Positions 1-9,017 of a DNA stretch of 64,000 nucleotides are shown here, in pieces. Numbering within the stretch: the first letter of the stretch is position 1; the number at the start of each line of letters is the position of its first letter. The notes under the pieces are model-generated. The model searched no databases, had not been told where the DNA came from, and saw only the letters and a list, made by a program, of their open reading frames with translations. The stretch covers positions 27,313 to 91,312 of the forward strand of contig JBBQQR010000007.1 in assembly GCA_038215615.1 (NCBI GenBank), read 5' to 3'. Origin of the DNA: Vulcanimicrobiales bacterium (GTDB taxonomy: Bacteria; Vulcanimicrobiota; Vulcanimicrobiia; Vulcanimicrobiales; Vulcanimicrobiaceae). The translations under genes were made by a program, and so were the position numbers.

Positions 1-450
1 CGCTACCGTCACGCTCACGCCGTCCGCGCTGACGAAGCCTTTCTCGTGCACGAACGGCTGGAGATTTTTCGGCAGCTCCAGGCGCAACCGCGCGCCTTGC
101 CCCTCGGCCGCCAGCGCCAGAACTTTCCCGGCGGCATCCACGTGCCCGTAGACGAAATGCCCGCCCATCCGGTCGCCCAAACGCAGCGCGTATTCCACGT
201 TGACGCGGTCGCCTTTGCCCGTACCCGAAAGAGAAGAACGCGCGAGCGTTTCGGGCACCACGTCAAAATCCACAACGTTATGATCGATGGCGGTCACCGT
301 CAAACAGACGCCATTGATTGCGATTGAATCCTTGGGTTCGACTTCTTCGTCGTTTGCGTTTTCGCAGCGGATGCGCAAGCGCAGACCGCCTTGCGCGACC
401 GGCCGCACGTCTTCGACCGTGCCGCTGAACGAAATGATCCCGCTAAACAT
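1..450 (-). CDS. ribE: Riboflavin synthase alpha chain (3' part runs off the window)
   Basis: Manual translation MFSGIISFSGTV...DSIAINGVCLTV...VNVEYALRLGDRMGGHFVYGHVD; start overlaps the ribD stop; not in the ORF track because it is truncated. Confidence 0.95.
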   Translation of the reverse strand, partial: MFSGIISFSGTVEDVRPVAQGGLRLRIRCENANDEEVEPKDSIAINGVCLTVTAIDHNVVDFDVVPETLARSSLSGTGKGDRVNVEYALRLGDRMGGHFVYGHVDAAGKVLALAAEGQGARLRLELPKNLQPFVHEKGFVSADGVSVTVA

Positions 451-1537
451 GGTGCGGAATGATGCCCGAAACGAGCGCGTCGACGCCGAGCTGCTCGACC
501 CGGTCGATCTGCAGCCGCATGTTTGCTAGGGCGGTTGTCGTAAAGGCGGCAACGGCTGACGGTCCGCGCAAAAACCGCGGAGCAAATATCCAGTGAAAAC
601 GATCGACGAGTCCGTCTGTAAGAAGATGGCCTGCCACAGTGGGGCCTCCTTCGCACAGGAGGCTCGTTATTCCGCGCTCGCGCAACCCACGCAAAGCCGC
701 CGCCAAATTGAGGCGATCGGAGCCTTCTTTGCCCGAATAGAGAACATCCGCAGTTTTTTCCAGCTGGGCGAAACGGTCGCGCGCTCCCGCCGGCGCAAGC
801 ACGATCGTCTTGGCGTAGCCTTTTTCGGATTTAAAGACGGTGCTGGCGGGATCGACCGGGGAAGATTCACAGATGACGACGCGCGCGTATTCCCGCAAAC
901 GACCGTGCGTTGGGCGCACCGTCAGCTGCGGATTGTCGACGCGCACGGTGCCCGCCCCGACTGCCACAGCGTCGTGCGCAATACGCTGCTCCCGCACAAA
1001 CTCGCGAGCTTCTTCTCCGGTCAGCCACTCCTGAACGCCGGGCTTCGACGCAATAAACCCATCGAATGAGACCGCTAGCTTCAGCGAAACGTACGGGCGG
1101 TGCGAACGGATGGCGCGCGCAAAGGGTTCGATCAACGCACCGGCGCGCGGTTCATCACGTATGTCGACAACAATCTTTCGTTCGCGCAGAGTCGCAACGC
1201 CCGAGCCGTTCGTCTGCGGATTCGGATCGTGCGTGCCCGCCACGACGCGGGCTAAACCCGCTTTCGCAATCGCATCGGTGCATGGCGGCGTGAGTCCCGT
1301 GTGATTGCACGGTTCCAGCGATACGTAGAGCGTCGCGCCGCGCGCAGCTTCGCCGGCGCTTTTGATCGCATTGACTTCCGCGTGCGAGTCCCCGGCGCGA
1401 TGGTGGTAACCCTCGCCGACAATCGCTTCCCCGCGCACGACGACCGCGCCGACCGGCGGGTTGGGCGACGTATTCCCAATGCCGCGTTCGGCGAGTTCGT
1501 ATGCGCGATCCAGAAACAGCCGGTCGAGATTGTCCAC
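443..1537 (-). CDS. ribD: Bifunctional diaminohydroxyphosphoribosylaminopyrimidine deaminase/reductase RibD
   Basis: PNPPVGAV, HAEVNA and LEPCNH...PPC deaminase motifs; reductase motif LLCEGG. Confidence 0.97.
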   Translation of the reverse strand: MDNLDRLFLDRAYELAERGIGNTSPNPPVGAVVVRGEAIVGEGYHHRAGDSHAEVNAIKSAGEAARGATLYVSLEPCNHTGLTPPCTDAIAKAGLARVVAGTHDPNPQTNGSGVATLRERKIVVDIRDEPRAGALIEPFARAIRSHRPYVSLKLAVSFDGFIASKPGVQEWLTGEEAREFVREQRIAHDAVAVGAGTVRVDNPQLTVRPTHGRLREYARVVICESSPVDPASTVFKSEKGYAKTIVLAPAGARDRFAQLEKTADVLYSGKEGSDRLNLAAALRGLRERGITSLLCEGGPTVAGHLLTDGLVDRFHWIFAPRFLRGPSAVAAFTTTALANMRLQIDRVEQLGVDALVSGIIPHHV

Positions 1538-1620
1538 GCCAACCCTATTCGGGAATACCCGCCGGGGTCATGGTGAAAATGGCGGGGTTGCGAAAAACAC
1601 CGCACGGCGTGAATGTGCGC

Positions 1621-2202
1621 ATGACCATGCGGAGACTCTTGGACTTCGTCTTCCCGCCGCAATGTGGCGGATGCGAGCGCGTTGGATCCGGCCTTTGCGA
1701 TGCGTGCCTGCCATCGGGCCCTCTGATCGCCCGCGAGATTCAGACGCTCAATGTATCCGCGCTCGGCATATATGACGGCGCGCTTCGTCGCGCGATACTC
1801 GCGCTAAAAAGCGGCCGGCGCGACGTGGCCGAAGCATTCGCGCAAAGGATGATTTCGCGCATTCCGCCGGACGCAATCGCAATACCCGTTCCGACCACCG
1901 CCGCTCGCCGCCGGCAGCGCGGTTTCGATGGGTGCGAACTGATCGCGCGCGCCGCTTTTGGATCCCGTACTAGCGTCGGTCTAGCACAAACGCGCGGCGA
2001 AACGCAGCGGGGACGCGGTCGTGAAGCGCGGCTTGCACTGCGACGGCGCTTCGTTTGGCGCGGAGCACATCTGAACGGAGGACGCGTCGTTCTGATTGAT
2101 GACGTCGTAACCACTGGAGCAACGCTCGAAGAGTGCGCCCATGCTGTCCGCGGCGCCGAAGGCGTGGTTATAGGAGCGGTCGTGATTGCGACCGTGCCAT
2201 AA
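1621..2202 (+). CDS. comF: ComF family protein (Zn ribbon + phosphoribosyltransferase)
   Basis: FPPQCGGC...LCDAC; RRRQRGFD; VVLIDDVVTTGATL; start placed at ATG 1621. Confidence 0.9.
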   Translation: MTMRRLLDFVFPPQCGGCERVGSGLCDACLPSGPLIAREIQTLNVSALGIYDGALRRAILALKSGRRDVAEAFAQRMISRIPPDAIAIPVPTTAARRRQRGFDGCELIARAAFGSRTSVGLAQTRGETQRGRGREARLALRRRFVWRGAHLNGGRVVLIDDVVTTGATLEECAHAVRGAEGVVIGAVVIATVP

Positions 2203-3016
2203 ACGCCAATACCTCCGCCACAAAGTCGTCGCGCCGGGTGATACTGCTCAAGTGCCCGGCGCCGTGAAAAGTGCGCAGCAACGCTTGCGGATACGATCGC
2301 TTGAATGTAAGCCGTTCGGCGCGAGTGAAACCGGTTTCGTTATCCGATTCGATGATGAGAACCGGTCCGGCGTAGGCGCGCCCTCCAGCCGATACGATCG
2401 AGTCGGCGATGCACCTTCCCCGGTTGGCGGCGCCCCCAGCGCCGACGCGTGCGAACTCGTCGTGCGTGAAATATCCCACCCAAAACTCGCGGTCGCGATG
2501 ATTTTCTAGTAACCGCCTTACTCGCGCCTTTAGAAACGACGCAATAAGGCGCTTCGGCACATATCTCGCCGCTCGCAGAGCGGCCCCTACGAAACGGCCC
2601 CGCCGCGCAGAGTACGCCGCGGTGTTTGCCAAAATTAAGCCGCGCACGCGTTCGGGATGCGCCGCCGCAAAGGCTTGCGCGAAAACGCCGCCCAGCGAAT
2701 GGCCCAGCAAGAAACATGGCGCGGCCCGGTTCTGGTCGAGAAGCCGCACGAGTCCGTCGACGACACCGCCAACGCTCGTTATCGTTGCCGGGCATCCGAT
2801 CGAAAGCGTTCGGACGTTCTTCTCGAAGCGATCAATCAAATGGAATTGCGATTCCGCGCTGCCGCCGCCACCCGGCAGCAGTACCAGAGGCGGCTCGCCT
2901 TGTCCGCTGGCGATGATGTCCCACAGATGTCCACCCACTCCGTGCGTGAGGACCGCGTGCGTCGCGCGAAATTGACGCAGCAACTCGCGGGCGCTACTCG
3001 TTGGCGACGATTGCAT
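2168..3016 (-). CDS. Alpha/beta fold hydrolase
   Basis: PPLVLLPGGGG, GHSLGG nucleophile elbow, GAGH catalytic His. Confidence 0.85.
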   Translation of the reverse strand: MQSSPTSSARELLRQFRATHAVLTHGVGGHLWDIIASGQGEPPLVLLPGGGGSAESQFHLIDRFEKNVRTLSIGCPATITSVGGVVDGLVRLLDQNRAAPCFLLGHSLGGVFAQAFAAAHPERVRGLILANTAAYSARRGRFVGAALRAARYVPKRLIASFLKARVRRLLENHRDREFWVGYFTHDEFARVGAGGAANRGRCIADSIVSAGGRAYAGPVLIIESDNETGFTRAERLTFKRSYPQALLRTFHGAGHLSSITRRDDFVAEVLAFMARSQSRPLL

Positions 3017-3965
3017 CTTCCAGGATCGAACCCGGAGCGACCTCGTAATTCATTCCGACGATCGCGTCTCGCAGTACCGCGCCTTTGCCGATTCGCGACC
3101 CCTGCCAAATGATAGAGCGCTCGATGCGCGCATCGTCTCCAATCCGCACACCATCACCGATAACGCTCGGCCCCACGATGCGGGCGGTCTTCGCGACCTC
3201 CGTGTCGCGGCCGACCCAAACGGCGTTCTGGACCGAAATGCCTGGCACGCGCAATCTTCCCGTCAGCACGTCGGCAGTCGCCGCGCGGTATTCGGCGGGC
3301 GTGCCGATATCGTGCCACTGCGCGCCGCGCGCATCGAATCCATAAAATGCCGCACCGGCTTGTTGCAGCGACGGAAACACGTTCTTCCCGAAATCGTAAA
3401 ACGCACCGGTGGGAATCTGCTCGAAAATCTCCGGCGTGAAGACGTAAATGCCGGTGTTCACCAGTTTGCTCCGCTCGGTGCCTTGGGCGGGCTTCTCTTG
3501 AAAACCGGTGATCCTGTCCGAGGCGTCCGTTACCACGACGCCATACTGATCGACTTCCTGACGCTCCACCAGGCCGATGGTGGCGAGCGCGCTCTTCTCT
3601 TTGTGGAAAGCGACGATGCGGTCGAGCCGCATATCCGTCAGGTCATCGCATCCGATGACCAGGAACGAATCGCCGCCTAGGAACTCCTGCATCTGCTTGA
3701 CGGCGCCGGCGCTGCCCAGCAACTCTTTTTCGTGCAGGTATTCGATGCGCGCACCATATGCGGAACCGTCGCCGAGCGCCTCAACGATCATATCGGCCAA
3801 ATAGTGCACGTTGATCGCGATCTCGTTGAATCCGTACGACGTGAGATATTGGATCACGTGAGCCGCGTTGGGTGAACCCACGACGGGAACCAGCGGCTTG
3901 GGAACTTGTTTGGTCAGCGGATAGAGCCGCGTACTCAGACCGCCCGCCAAAATCATCGCCCGCAC
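2994..3965 (-). CDS. NDP-sugar pyrophosphorylase (mannose-1-phosphate guanylyltransferase-like) with hexapeptide repeats
   Basis: AMILAGGLSTRLYPLT..PKPLVP, FQEKP, WHDIGTP, C-terminal left-handed beta-helix repeats. Confidence 0.9.
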   Translation of the reverse strand: MRAMILAGGLSTRLYPLTKQVPKPLVPVVGSPNAAHVIQYLTSYGFNEIAINVHYLADMIVEALGDGSAYGARIEYLHEKELLGSAGAVKQMQEFLGGDSFLVIGCDDLTDMRLDRIVAFHKEKSALATIGLVERQEVDQYGVVVTDASDRITGFQEKPAQGTERSKLVNTGIYVFTPEIFEQIPTGAFYDFGKNVFPSLQQAGAAFYGFDARGAQWHDIGTPAEYRAATADVLTGRLRVPGISVQNAVWVGRDTEVAKTARIVGPSVIGDGVRIGDDARIERSIIWQGSRIGKGAVLRDAIVGMNYEVAPGSILEDAIVANE

Positions 3966-4705
3966 TAGCTTCTCCCGCGCACGAGGCGGTTGCGGACGTT
4001 TTCACCCGCCACCAGCAGCACGAAATATGGAAGCGCGAGCTGACGCCGCCAGCGCTGCGGCTGCGTTACCAACCGGTAGAGCCATTCCAGGTGCGCCCGA
4101 CGCCAACCATCGGGAGCGCGCCGCACGTTGCCGCTGATCACGTCGAACGAACCGCCGACGCCTATTCCAACGCCGCAGCCCGTTTGCGCCAAATGTTCGG
4201 AGAGCCAGAACTCTTGACGTGGAAAACCCATGCCCGCAAAAAGAATGCGCGCGCCGCTCGCGCGGATTGCGCCCGCGATCTCCGCCGAGGAGCCGTCGCC
4301 GAAATAGCCATCACGCGTCCCCGCCACTTGCAGCCCCGGGTGCCGCGACTGCAGAGCCTCCGCGGCGCGTTGGGCAATTCCGGGCGCCGCACCCAGCAAG
4401 TAAACCGGCAAGCCTTCCTGGGCTGCGCGCGCGCAGACATGCTCAATGAGTTCAACGCCCGCGACTCGGTCGCGCATCTTTGCTCCGCGCGAACGCGCGA
4501 CGCCCAGCAATCCCACCGTATCACAAAGTGAAAGCGCGCTCTCGTTCACAATGCGGCGGTAATCCTCGTCGCGCTGCGCGTAAACGACCATTTCCGTCCC
4601 CAGGGTAACGACTTGCGCGCCGGTTCCTTCGCGCGCATAACGCACGATCGCGTCGGTGGCTTCATCGGAATCGATTGGGTCGAGCTTACACCCGAGAATA
4701 ATCAT
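3965..4705 (-). CDS. WecB/TagA/CpsF family glycosyltransferase
   Basis: RVAGVELI, DGYF, GMGFPRQE, GVGGSFDV..G..RRAP, LEWLYRL..QPQRWRRQ. Confidence 0.93.
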   Translation of the reverse strand: MIILGCKLDPIDSDEATDAIVRYAREGTGAQVVTLGTEMVVYAQRDEDYRRIVNESALSLCDTVGLLGVARSRGAKMRDRVAGVELIEHVCARAAQEGLPVYLLGAAPGIAQRAAEALQSRHPGLQVAGTRDGYFGDGSSAEIAGAIRASGARILFAGMGFPRQEFWLSEHLAQTGCGVGIGVGGSFDVISGNVRRAPDGWRRAHLEWLYRLVTQPQRWRRQLALPYFVLLVAGENVRNRLVRGRS

Positions 4706-5576
4706 ACTGCGAAAGCAGCGGCCGAAGGTTGAGAGCGAGATGCTCGGGCATCGAATCGAGCGGCAAACGGCATTCGCCCACCCTGAAACCCAACTGCTTC
4801 ATCGCCCATTTCACCGGAATAGGGCTGGTCGTCGCAAACAGCGCGTCGATCAGCGGTAAGAGCGACCCATGAATGCGGGCGGCTTCCGAAGCATCGCCGT
4901 TCCGGTATGCCTGCACCATTGCGACGTACTCGCGCGAGCACAAATGCGAAGCGACGCCCACGACGCCGTCCGCGCCCATGGCCAGGCATGGAAGAAACAG
5001 ATGGTCGTCACCGGCCCAAACCGTGAAGCCTGGCTGGCGGTCGCGCAGAATGAATCCGATTTGCCGCAGATCGCCGCTCGACTCTTTCACGCCCACGATA
5101 TTCTTGTGACTCCGGGCAAGGTCCAGAAGCGTTTCGGGGAGCATGTTGATGCCGGTGCGGCCCGGAATATTGTAGATGACGATCGGCAGCTCGGTCGCTT
5201 GCGAGATCGCACTGAAGTGCGCGACCATGCCGCTTTGCGGCGGCTTGTTATAATATGGAACGACGGCAAGAATGCCGTCCGCGCCCGCCTTTTCCGCAGC
5301 CTTTACCGATCGCACCGAATCACGCGTGTCGTTGCTGCCCGCGTTCGCGATCACGGCTGCGCGATCGCCGAGCTCTTCTTTTACTGCAGAAAACAGCGCA
5401 ACGCGCTCGTCCGGCGTCATCGTTTGGCCTTCGCCCGTCGAGCCGGCAACGACCAATCCGTCGTTTCCTCGTTCGACCAGCCACGAGGCGATGCGCGCCG
5501 CTTCACGGTAGTCAACGTCGCCGCCGCCGTCGAACGGGGTGATCATCGCGGTCACGATCGTGCCCAACTTCTTCAT
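4686..5576 (-). CDS. dapA: 4-hydroxy-tetrahydrodipicolinate synthase
   Basis: TAMITPF, GSTGE, PYYNKP, YNIPGRTG, GVKESSG. Confidence 0.97.
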   Translation of the reverse strand: MKKLGTIVTAMITPFDGGGDVDYREAARIASWLVERGNDGLVVAGSTGEGQTMTPDERVALFSAVKEELGDRAAVIANAGSNDTRDSVRSVKAAEKAGADGILAVVPYYNKPPQSGMVAHFSAISQATELPIVIYNIPGRTGINMLPETLLDLARSHKNIVGVKESSGDLRQIGFILRDRQPGFTVWAGDDHLFLPCLAMGADGVVGVASHLCSREYVAMVQAYRNGDASEAARIHGSLLPLIDALFATTSPIPVKWAMKQLGFRVGECRLPLDSMPEHLALNLRPLLSQYDYSRV

Positions 5577-6787
5577 GTGGTCGTTACCTTTTCGTTTTCT
5601 AAATGAAACTCATCGTGCACCGCCTGCTCGGCCCGCCCGGCGTCGGCTGACGGAACCAGGATCGAGACGGTGATGTTGCTGTCGGTGCAGTGGATGATTT
5701 CGATATTTTCCGCCGAGAGCGCCGAGACGATGCGATGGATGACGCCCGGCTCGTAGCGCATGCCTTCGCCGACCACGGAGAGCTTGGAACATGCCTCGCG
5801 GACCCGCACGGCCACATTGAGATCGCCCAGCAGCTTGCGAATATCTTCGCCGCGGTCACCTTCAACCACAAACATCACGCCCGCCTGGTTGATCGTCACC
5901 TGATCGATCGATATCTTTGCCGCGGCAAGACGTTCGAACATCTGCATCTCGACTTGCATGCGGCGCTGCCGATCTTCAATATCGCCGCGAATCGCGCGGA
6001 TCCACGTCACCCGCCCCGAGGCCGTGACTCCGGTGACGGGCTTGCGCGGTTCCAGCCGCGCATCGACGATGGTGCCTTCGCCCGTGGCCAGGCTGCGGAT
6101 CGCGTATGGCGTGCGCGTGCGCTGGGCGTAGTCGGCCGCTTTATCATGCATGATTTTGGCGCCGTGCTGCGCGAGTTCGTTCATTTCTTCAAGACTCGCG
6201 CGACCGATCGTGTGCGCGCCGTTCACCCGCCGCGGATCGGCGGTCATCGCGCCGGCAACGTCGGTGTACACGTCGATGCGTTCCGCATCGAGTGCATGCC
6301 CTAACGCGATGGCCGTGAGGTCCGTACCGCCGCGCCCGAGCGTTGTGATCTCGCCGTCTTCGCTGACGCCTTGGAAGCCGGCGATAACTGGAACCACGCC
6401 GGCGTCGATGGCGTCGCGCAGGCGTTGCGGCTCGACGCGCACGATGCTTGCATCCCCGTGGTTCCCGTTCGTTATAATGCCAGCTTGCGCGCCCGTTAGC
6501 GCGACGGATGCAATCTGCTCGCGTTCGAGTTCGTCGGCAAAAACTGCAGCAGCGATAAGTTCGCCCGTCGAGAGCAGCAGGTCGGCGTTTCGCGTGCACC
6601 GCTCGGAGCCGGCCAGAGCGAGTAACGAATCCGTTGCATACGGCTCCGGCGCGCGACCCATTGCGGAGACGACAGCCACCGGCGATTCGCCGCGCTCCAA
6701 TGCTTCACGGATTCGCTCGACTGCGATCCGGCGAGTTTCGGGCGACGCAACCGACGTGCCGCCAAACTTGAACACAGCGATCTTCAC
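5573..6787 (-). CDS. dapG: Aspartate kinase (DapG type)
   Basis: KFGGTSV, VVSAMGR..PYATDSL, TTLGRGGTD, ADPR, C-terminal ACT domains; asd-dapG-dapA order; GTG start chosen at 6787. Confidence 0.92.
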   Translation of the reverse strand: MKIAVFKFGGTSVASPETRRIAVERIREALERGESPVAVVSAMGRAPEPYATDSLLALAGSERCTRNADLLLSTGELIAAAVFADELEREQIASVALTGAQAGIITNGNHGDASIVRVEPQRLRDAIDAGVVPVIAGFQGVSEDGEITTLGRGGTDLTAIALGHALDAERIDVYTDVAGAMTADPRRVNGAHTIGRASLEEMNELAQHGAKIMHDKAADYAQRTRTPYAIRSLATGEGTIVDARLEPRKPVTGVTASGRVTWIRAIRGDIEDRQRRMQVEMQMFERLAAAKISIDQVTINQAGVMFVVEGDRGEDIRKLLGDLNVAVRVREACSKLSVVGEGMRYEPGVIHRIVSALSAENIEIIHCTDSNITVSILVPSADAGRAEQAVHDEFHLENEKVTTT

Positions 6788-6809
6788 TGTGTCACCCTTG
6801 CACACTGTG

Positions 6810-6868
6810 TGTCATCCTGAGCCTGTCGAAGGACCCTGAGCGGCGCCCAAAGGGCGCAAGCCGAAGGG
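6810..6868 (+). repeat. REP-like palindromic element (tgtcatcctgagcctgtcgaagga plus a second ccctgagc...ccgaaggg unit) overlapping the asd 3' end
   Basis: The first 24 nt match the reverse complement of 8986-9009 at 22/24; internal hairpin gcgccc-aaa-gggcgc. Confidence 0.75.
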
Positions 6869-7786
6869 AGCAGGTATCATTCCTCGCTCGAGCAGCAACT
6901 CCAGAATCTGCACGGCATTCGTAGCCGCGCCCTTGCGCAGTTGATCGCCCACGACCCACATTTGAAAGTGCCGCTTGTCCTCGCCGGCGGAACGCAGCCG
7001 CGCAACATGCACTTCGTCGGTCCCCTCAACGTCGCGTGGCGTGACGACGCCGGTGCGGTGAAAAATGACGCCCGGCGCGCGTTCGAGCTTGGCCGCGAGC
7101 TGCTCGACCGTCGTCTCGCGTTCGGTCTCGAAGAACACCGCCTCGGAGTGCGCCGTCCGCACCGGTACACGCACGGTCATCGCGTACAACGGCAACGCCG
7201 GCAGATCGAGAATCTTTCGCGTCTCCTCGCGCACTTTCGTTTCTTCGCCGCTGTAGCCGTCGTCGCCGAACTGGCCGACCTGCGGCACGACGTTTCGAAC
7301 GAACGGACCCTCACCGGCATCGAATTCTTCGAGCGGCCCGCGGCCCGCACCGCTGACGGCCTGGTACGTTGCAACATTGACCGACCGCAAGCCCGCGGTA
7401 TCCCGAACGGGTGCCAGCGCCAGGCATAAAATAATCGCCGTGCAGTTCCCGACTGGAAAGAGATGATGCTCCGGAAGTATCGCCGACGCGTTTATCTCAG
7501 GAACGACAAGCGGAACGCCCACGCGCATCCGGTACGTGGAGCTGTTGTCGATGACAACTCCGCCGCGTTCCAAAATGGGCGGCACAAACTCCGAACTTGC
7601 CTCGTCCGATCCCGCAAAAAATACCGTGTCGAACGGAGTCAACGCTTCGGTCGAGGTCGCCAGCACGCCGTTGCGCGCGCGCGACGCAAACAAGCCTAAG
7701 CGCTCTACCGGAATTTTCCGCTCGGCCAGCACCTGCACGATCGTTTCACCTACCGCTCCGGTCGCCCCAACCACGGCGACGTTCAC
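6812..7786 (-). CDS. asd: Aspartate-semialdehyde dehydrogenase
   Basis: VAVVGATGAVG, VIDNSSTYRM, PLVVPEIN, GNCT, TYQAVSGAG, DQLRKGAATNAVQI. Confidence 0.96.
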   Translation of the reverse strand: MNVAVVGATGAVGETIVQVLAERKIPVERLGLFASRARNGVLATSTEALTPFDTVFFAGSDEASSEFVPPILERGGVVIDNSSTYRMRVGVPLVVPEINASAILPEHHLFPVGNCTAIILCLALAPVRDTAGLRSVNVATYQAVSGAGRGPLEEFDAGEGPFVRNVVPQVGQFGDDGYSGEETKVREETRKILDLPALPLYAMTVRVPVRTAHSEAVFFETERETTVEQLAAKLERAPGVIFHRTGVVTPRDVEGTDEVHVARLRSAGEDKRHFQMWVVGDQLRKGAATNAVQILELLLERGMIPAPFGLRPLGAAQGPSTGSG

Positions 7787-8469
7787 AGCTTCAGACCCAC
7801 TTCAAGTCCCTTGAGCGAACGCACGGAGCGGATCGCCGCGATAATCCCCGGCGCAAACGATTCAATCGAGAAAGAATCATGGCGGATCGTGAGCAGCTCG
7901 CCTTCATTTGAGAACAGCACTTCTTGATGCGAGAGCAGCCCTTTCATGCGGATGCTGTGAATCGGCACGCCGGCCCGTCCGCCCCCGGCGTGAATGCGAT
8001 CGGCGGTAGCCGAAGCGGTCCCACTGGGCTTGTCACGCTTGTCCGCGCGGTGCATCTCGACGATTTCGATCGAGGGAAAAAACCGCGCGGCTTGTTCGGC
8101 AAAGTTCATCATGAGAATCGCGCCGATCGCAAAGTTGGGAACGATTAGCGCACCGGTTTTGTGTCGCTCGCACAGTTTTTCCAACTCCGCTCGCTCAGCC
8201 GCATTCCATTCGCTCGATCCGATGACGGGCGAAAAGCCGCGCTCGACGGCGGAGCGCGCGACCGCTTGGGTTACCGGACGCGGCGTAAAATCGACAACGA
8301 CGTCGGGTTTACGCTCGTCGAGCAGTTGCTCGACGTTGTCGTAGATTCCCAGCGACGGGTCCGCCGCGCGCGCAAAACCGCCGGCGAATTCTAAATCCGG
8401 CTCCCGTTTAATCGCCTCAACCGCAAGCCGCCCCATGCGGCCCTGGGCGCCGGCAACCGCCACTTTCAC
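7783..8469 (-). CDS. dapB: 4-hydroxy-tetrahydrodipicolinate reductase
   Basis: KVAVAGAQGRMG, VVVDFT, PNFAIG, EIVEMH..K.DKPSGTA, TIRHDS; GTG start overlaps the upstream TGA. Confidence 0.95.
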   Translation of the reverse strand: MKVAVAGAQGRMGRLAVEAIKREPDLEFAGGFARAADPSLGIYDNVEQLLDERKPDVVVDFTPRPVTQAVARSAVERGFSPVIGSSEWNAAERAELEKLCERHKTGALIVPNFAIGAILMMNFAEQAARFFPSIEIVEMHRADKRDKPSGTASATADRIHAGGGRAGVPIHSIRMKGLLSHQEVLFSNEGELLTIRHDSFSIESFAPGIIAAIRSVRSLKGLEVGLKL

Positions 8470-8975
8470 TCGGCGTTCTTCGGTGTGTGTCGCTCCAGCC
8501 ACTTCGACGCTTCCCCCGCGAGAAACTCCGCATTCTCCCACGCCAACGGGTCATGCCGCATCTCGCGAAGCGCGGAAACGGCGGGGGCCAAACGCTCCCA
8601 CGCCCGCAAAATTCGCAGCGAAGCGAGATCGAAGATGGCGTCACCATTGACGAGCCTGTGCTTAATATAGGTGCCGACCAGCTCAAAAACCATGAGCACT
8701 TTGTGCTCGGGATGAGAACCGGTTGTCCGCTGCGGCGAAAAGAACTCATCACGAAAAGGTCCGTCGTTTTTCAAACGATCCTCGAACTCGTACCGCACAA
8801 AACGAAGGCCTTCGAGAAGCTCGGCTTCCCCGAACATTTCGGCGACTGCCATCACGCCTTCGAGCTGCGTCGCCCGCCTGAGTTCTGAAAGCTGAACGAG
8901 GCCAACGCCGACAGTCGCCAAGATAACGACGCCGGTAAACAGTGTCGCGAGAGCGGTTACGGCCTCCCAGGTCAT
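8466..8975 (-). CDS. DUF4760-like membrane-anchored protein (paralog 1)
   Basis: N-terminal TM ending VQLSELRR; FELVGTYIKHRLV; WENAEFLA; motifs shared with the ORFs at 18630 and 24085. Confidence 0.7.
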   Translation of the reverse strand: MTWEAVTALATLFTGVVILATVGVGLVQLSELRRATQLEGVMAVAEMFGEAELLEGLRFVRYEFEDRLKNDGPFRDEFFSPQRTTGSHPEHKVLMVFELVGTYIKHRLVNGDAIFDLASLRILRAWERLAPAVSALREMRHDPLAWENAEFLAGEASKWLERHTPKNAE

Positions 8976-8985
8976 GCTTTAGCCA

Positions 8986-9009
8986 TCCTTCGGCAAGCTC
9001 AGGATGACA
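8986..9009 (-). repeat. Second copy of the REP-like element (tgtcatcctgagcttgccgaagga)
   Basis: 22/24 identity to 6810-6833 in inverted orientation; intergenic between pcrA and the DUF4760-like gene. Confidence 0.75.
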
Positions 9010-9017
9010 ACTTGGAC

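Noticed and set aside
1538..1620. Possible FMN riboswitch or tRNA upstream of ribD
   Set aside because: Only about 83 nt before the divergent comF; no FMN consensus and no cloverleaf.
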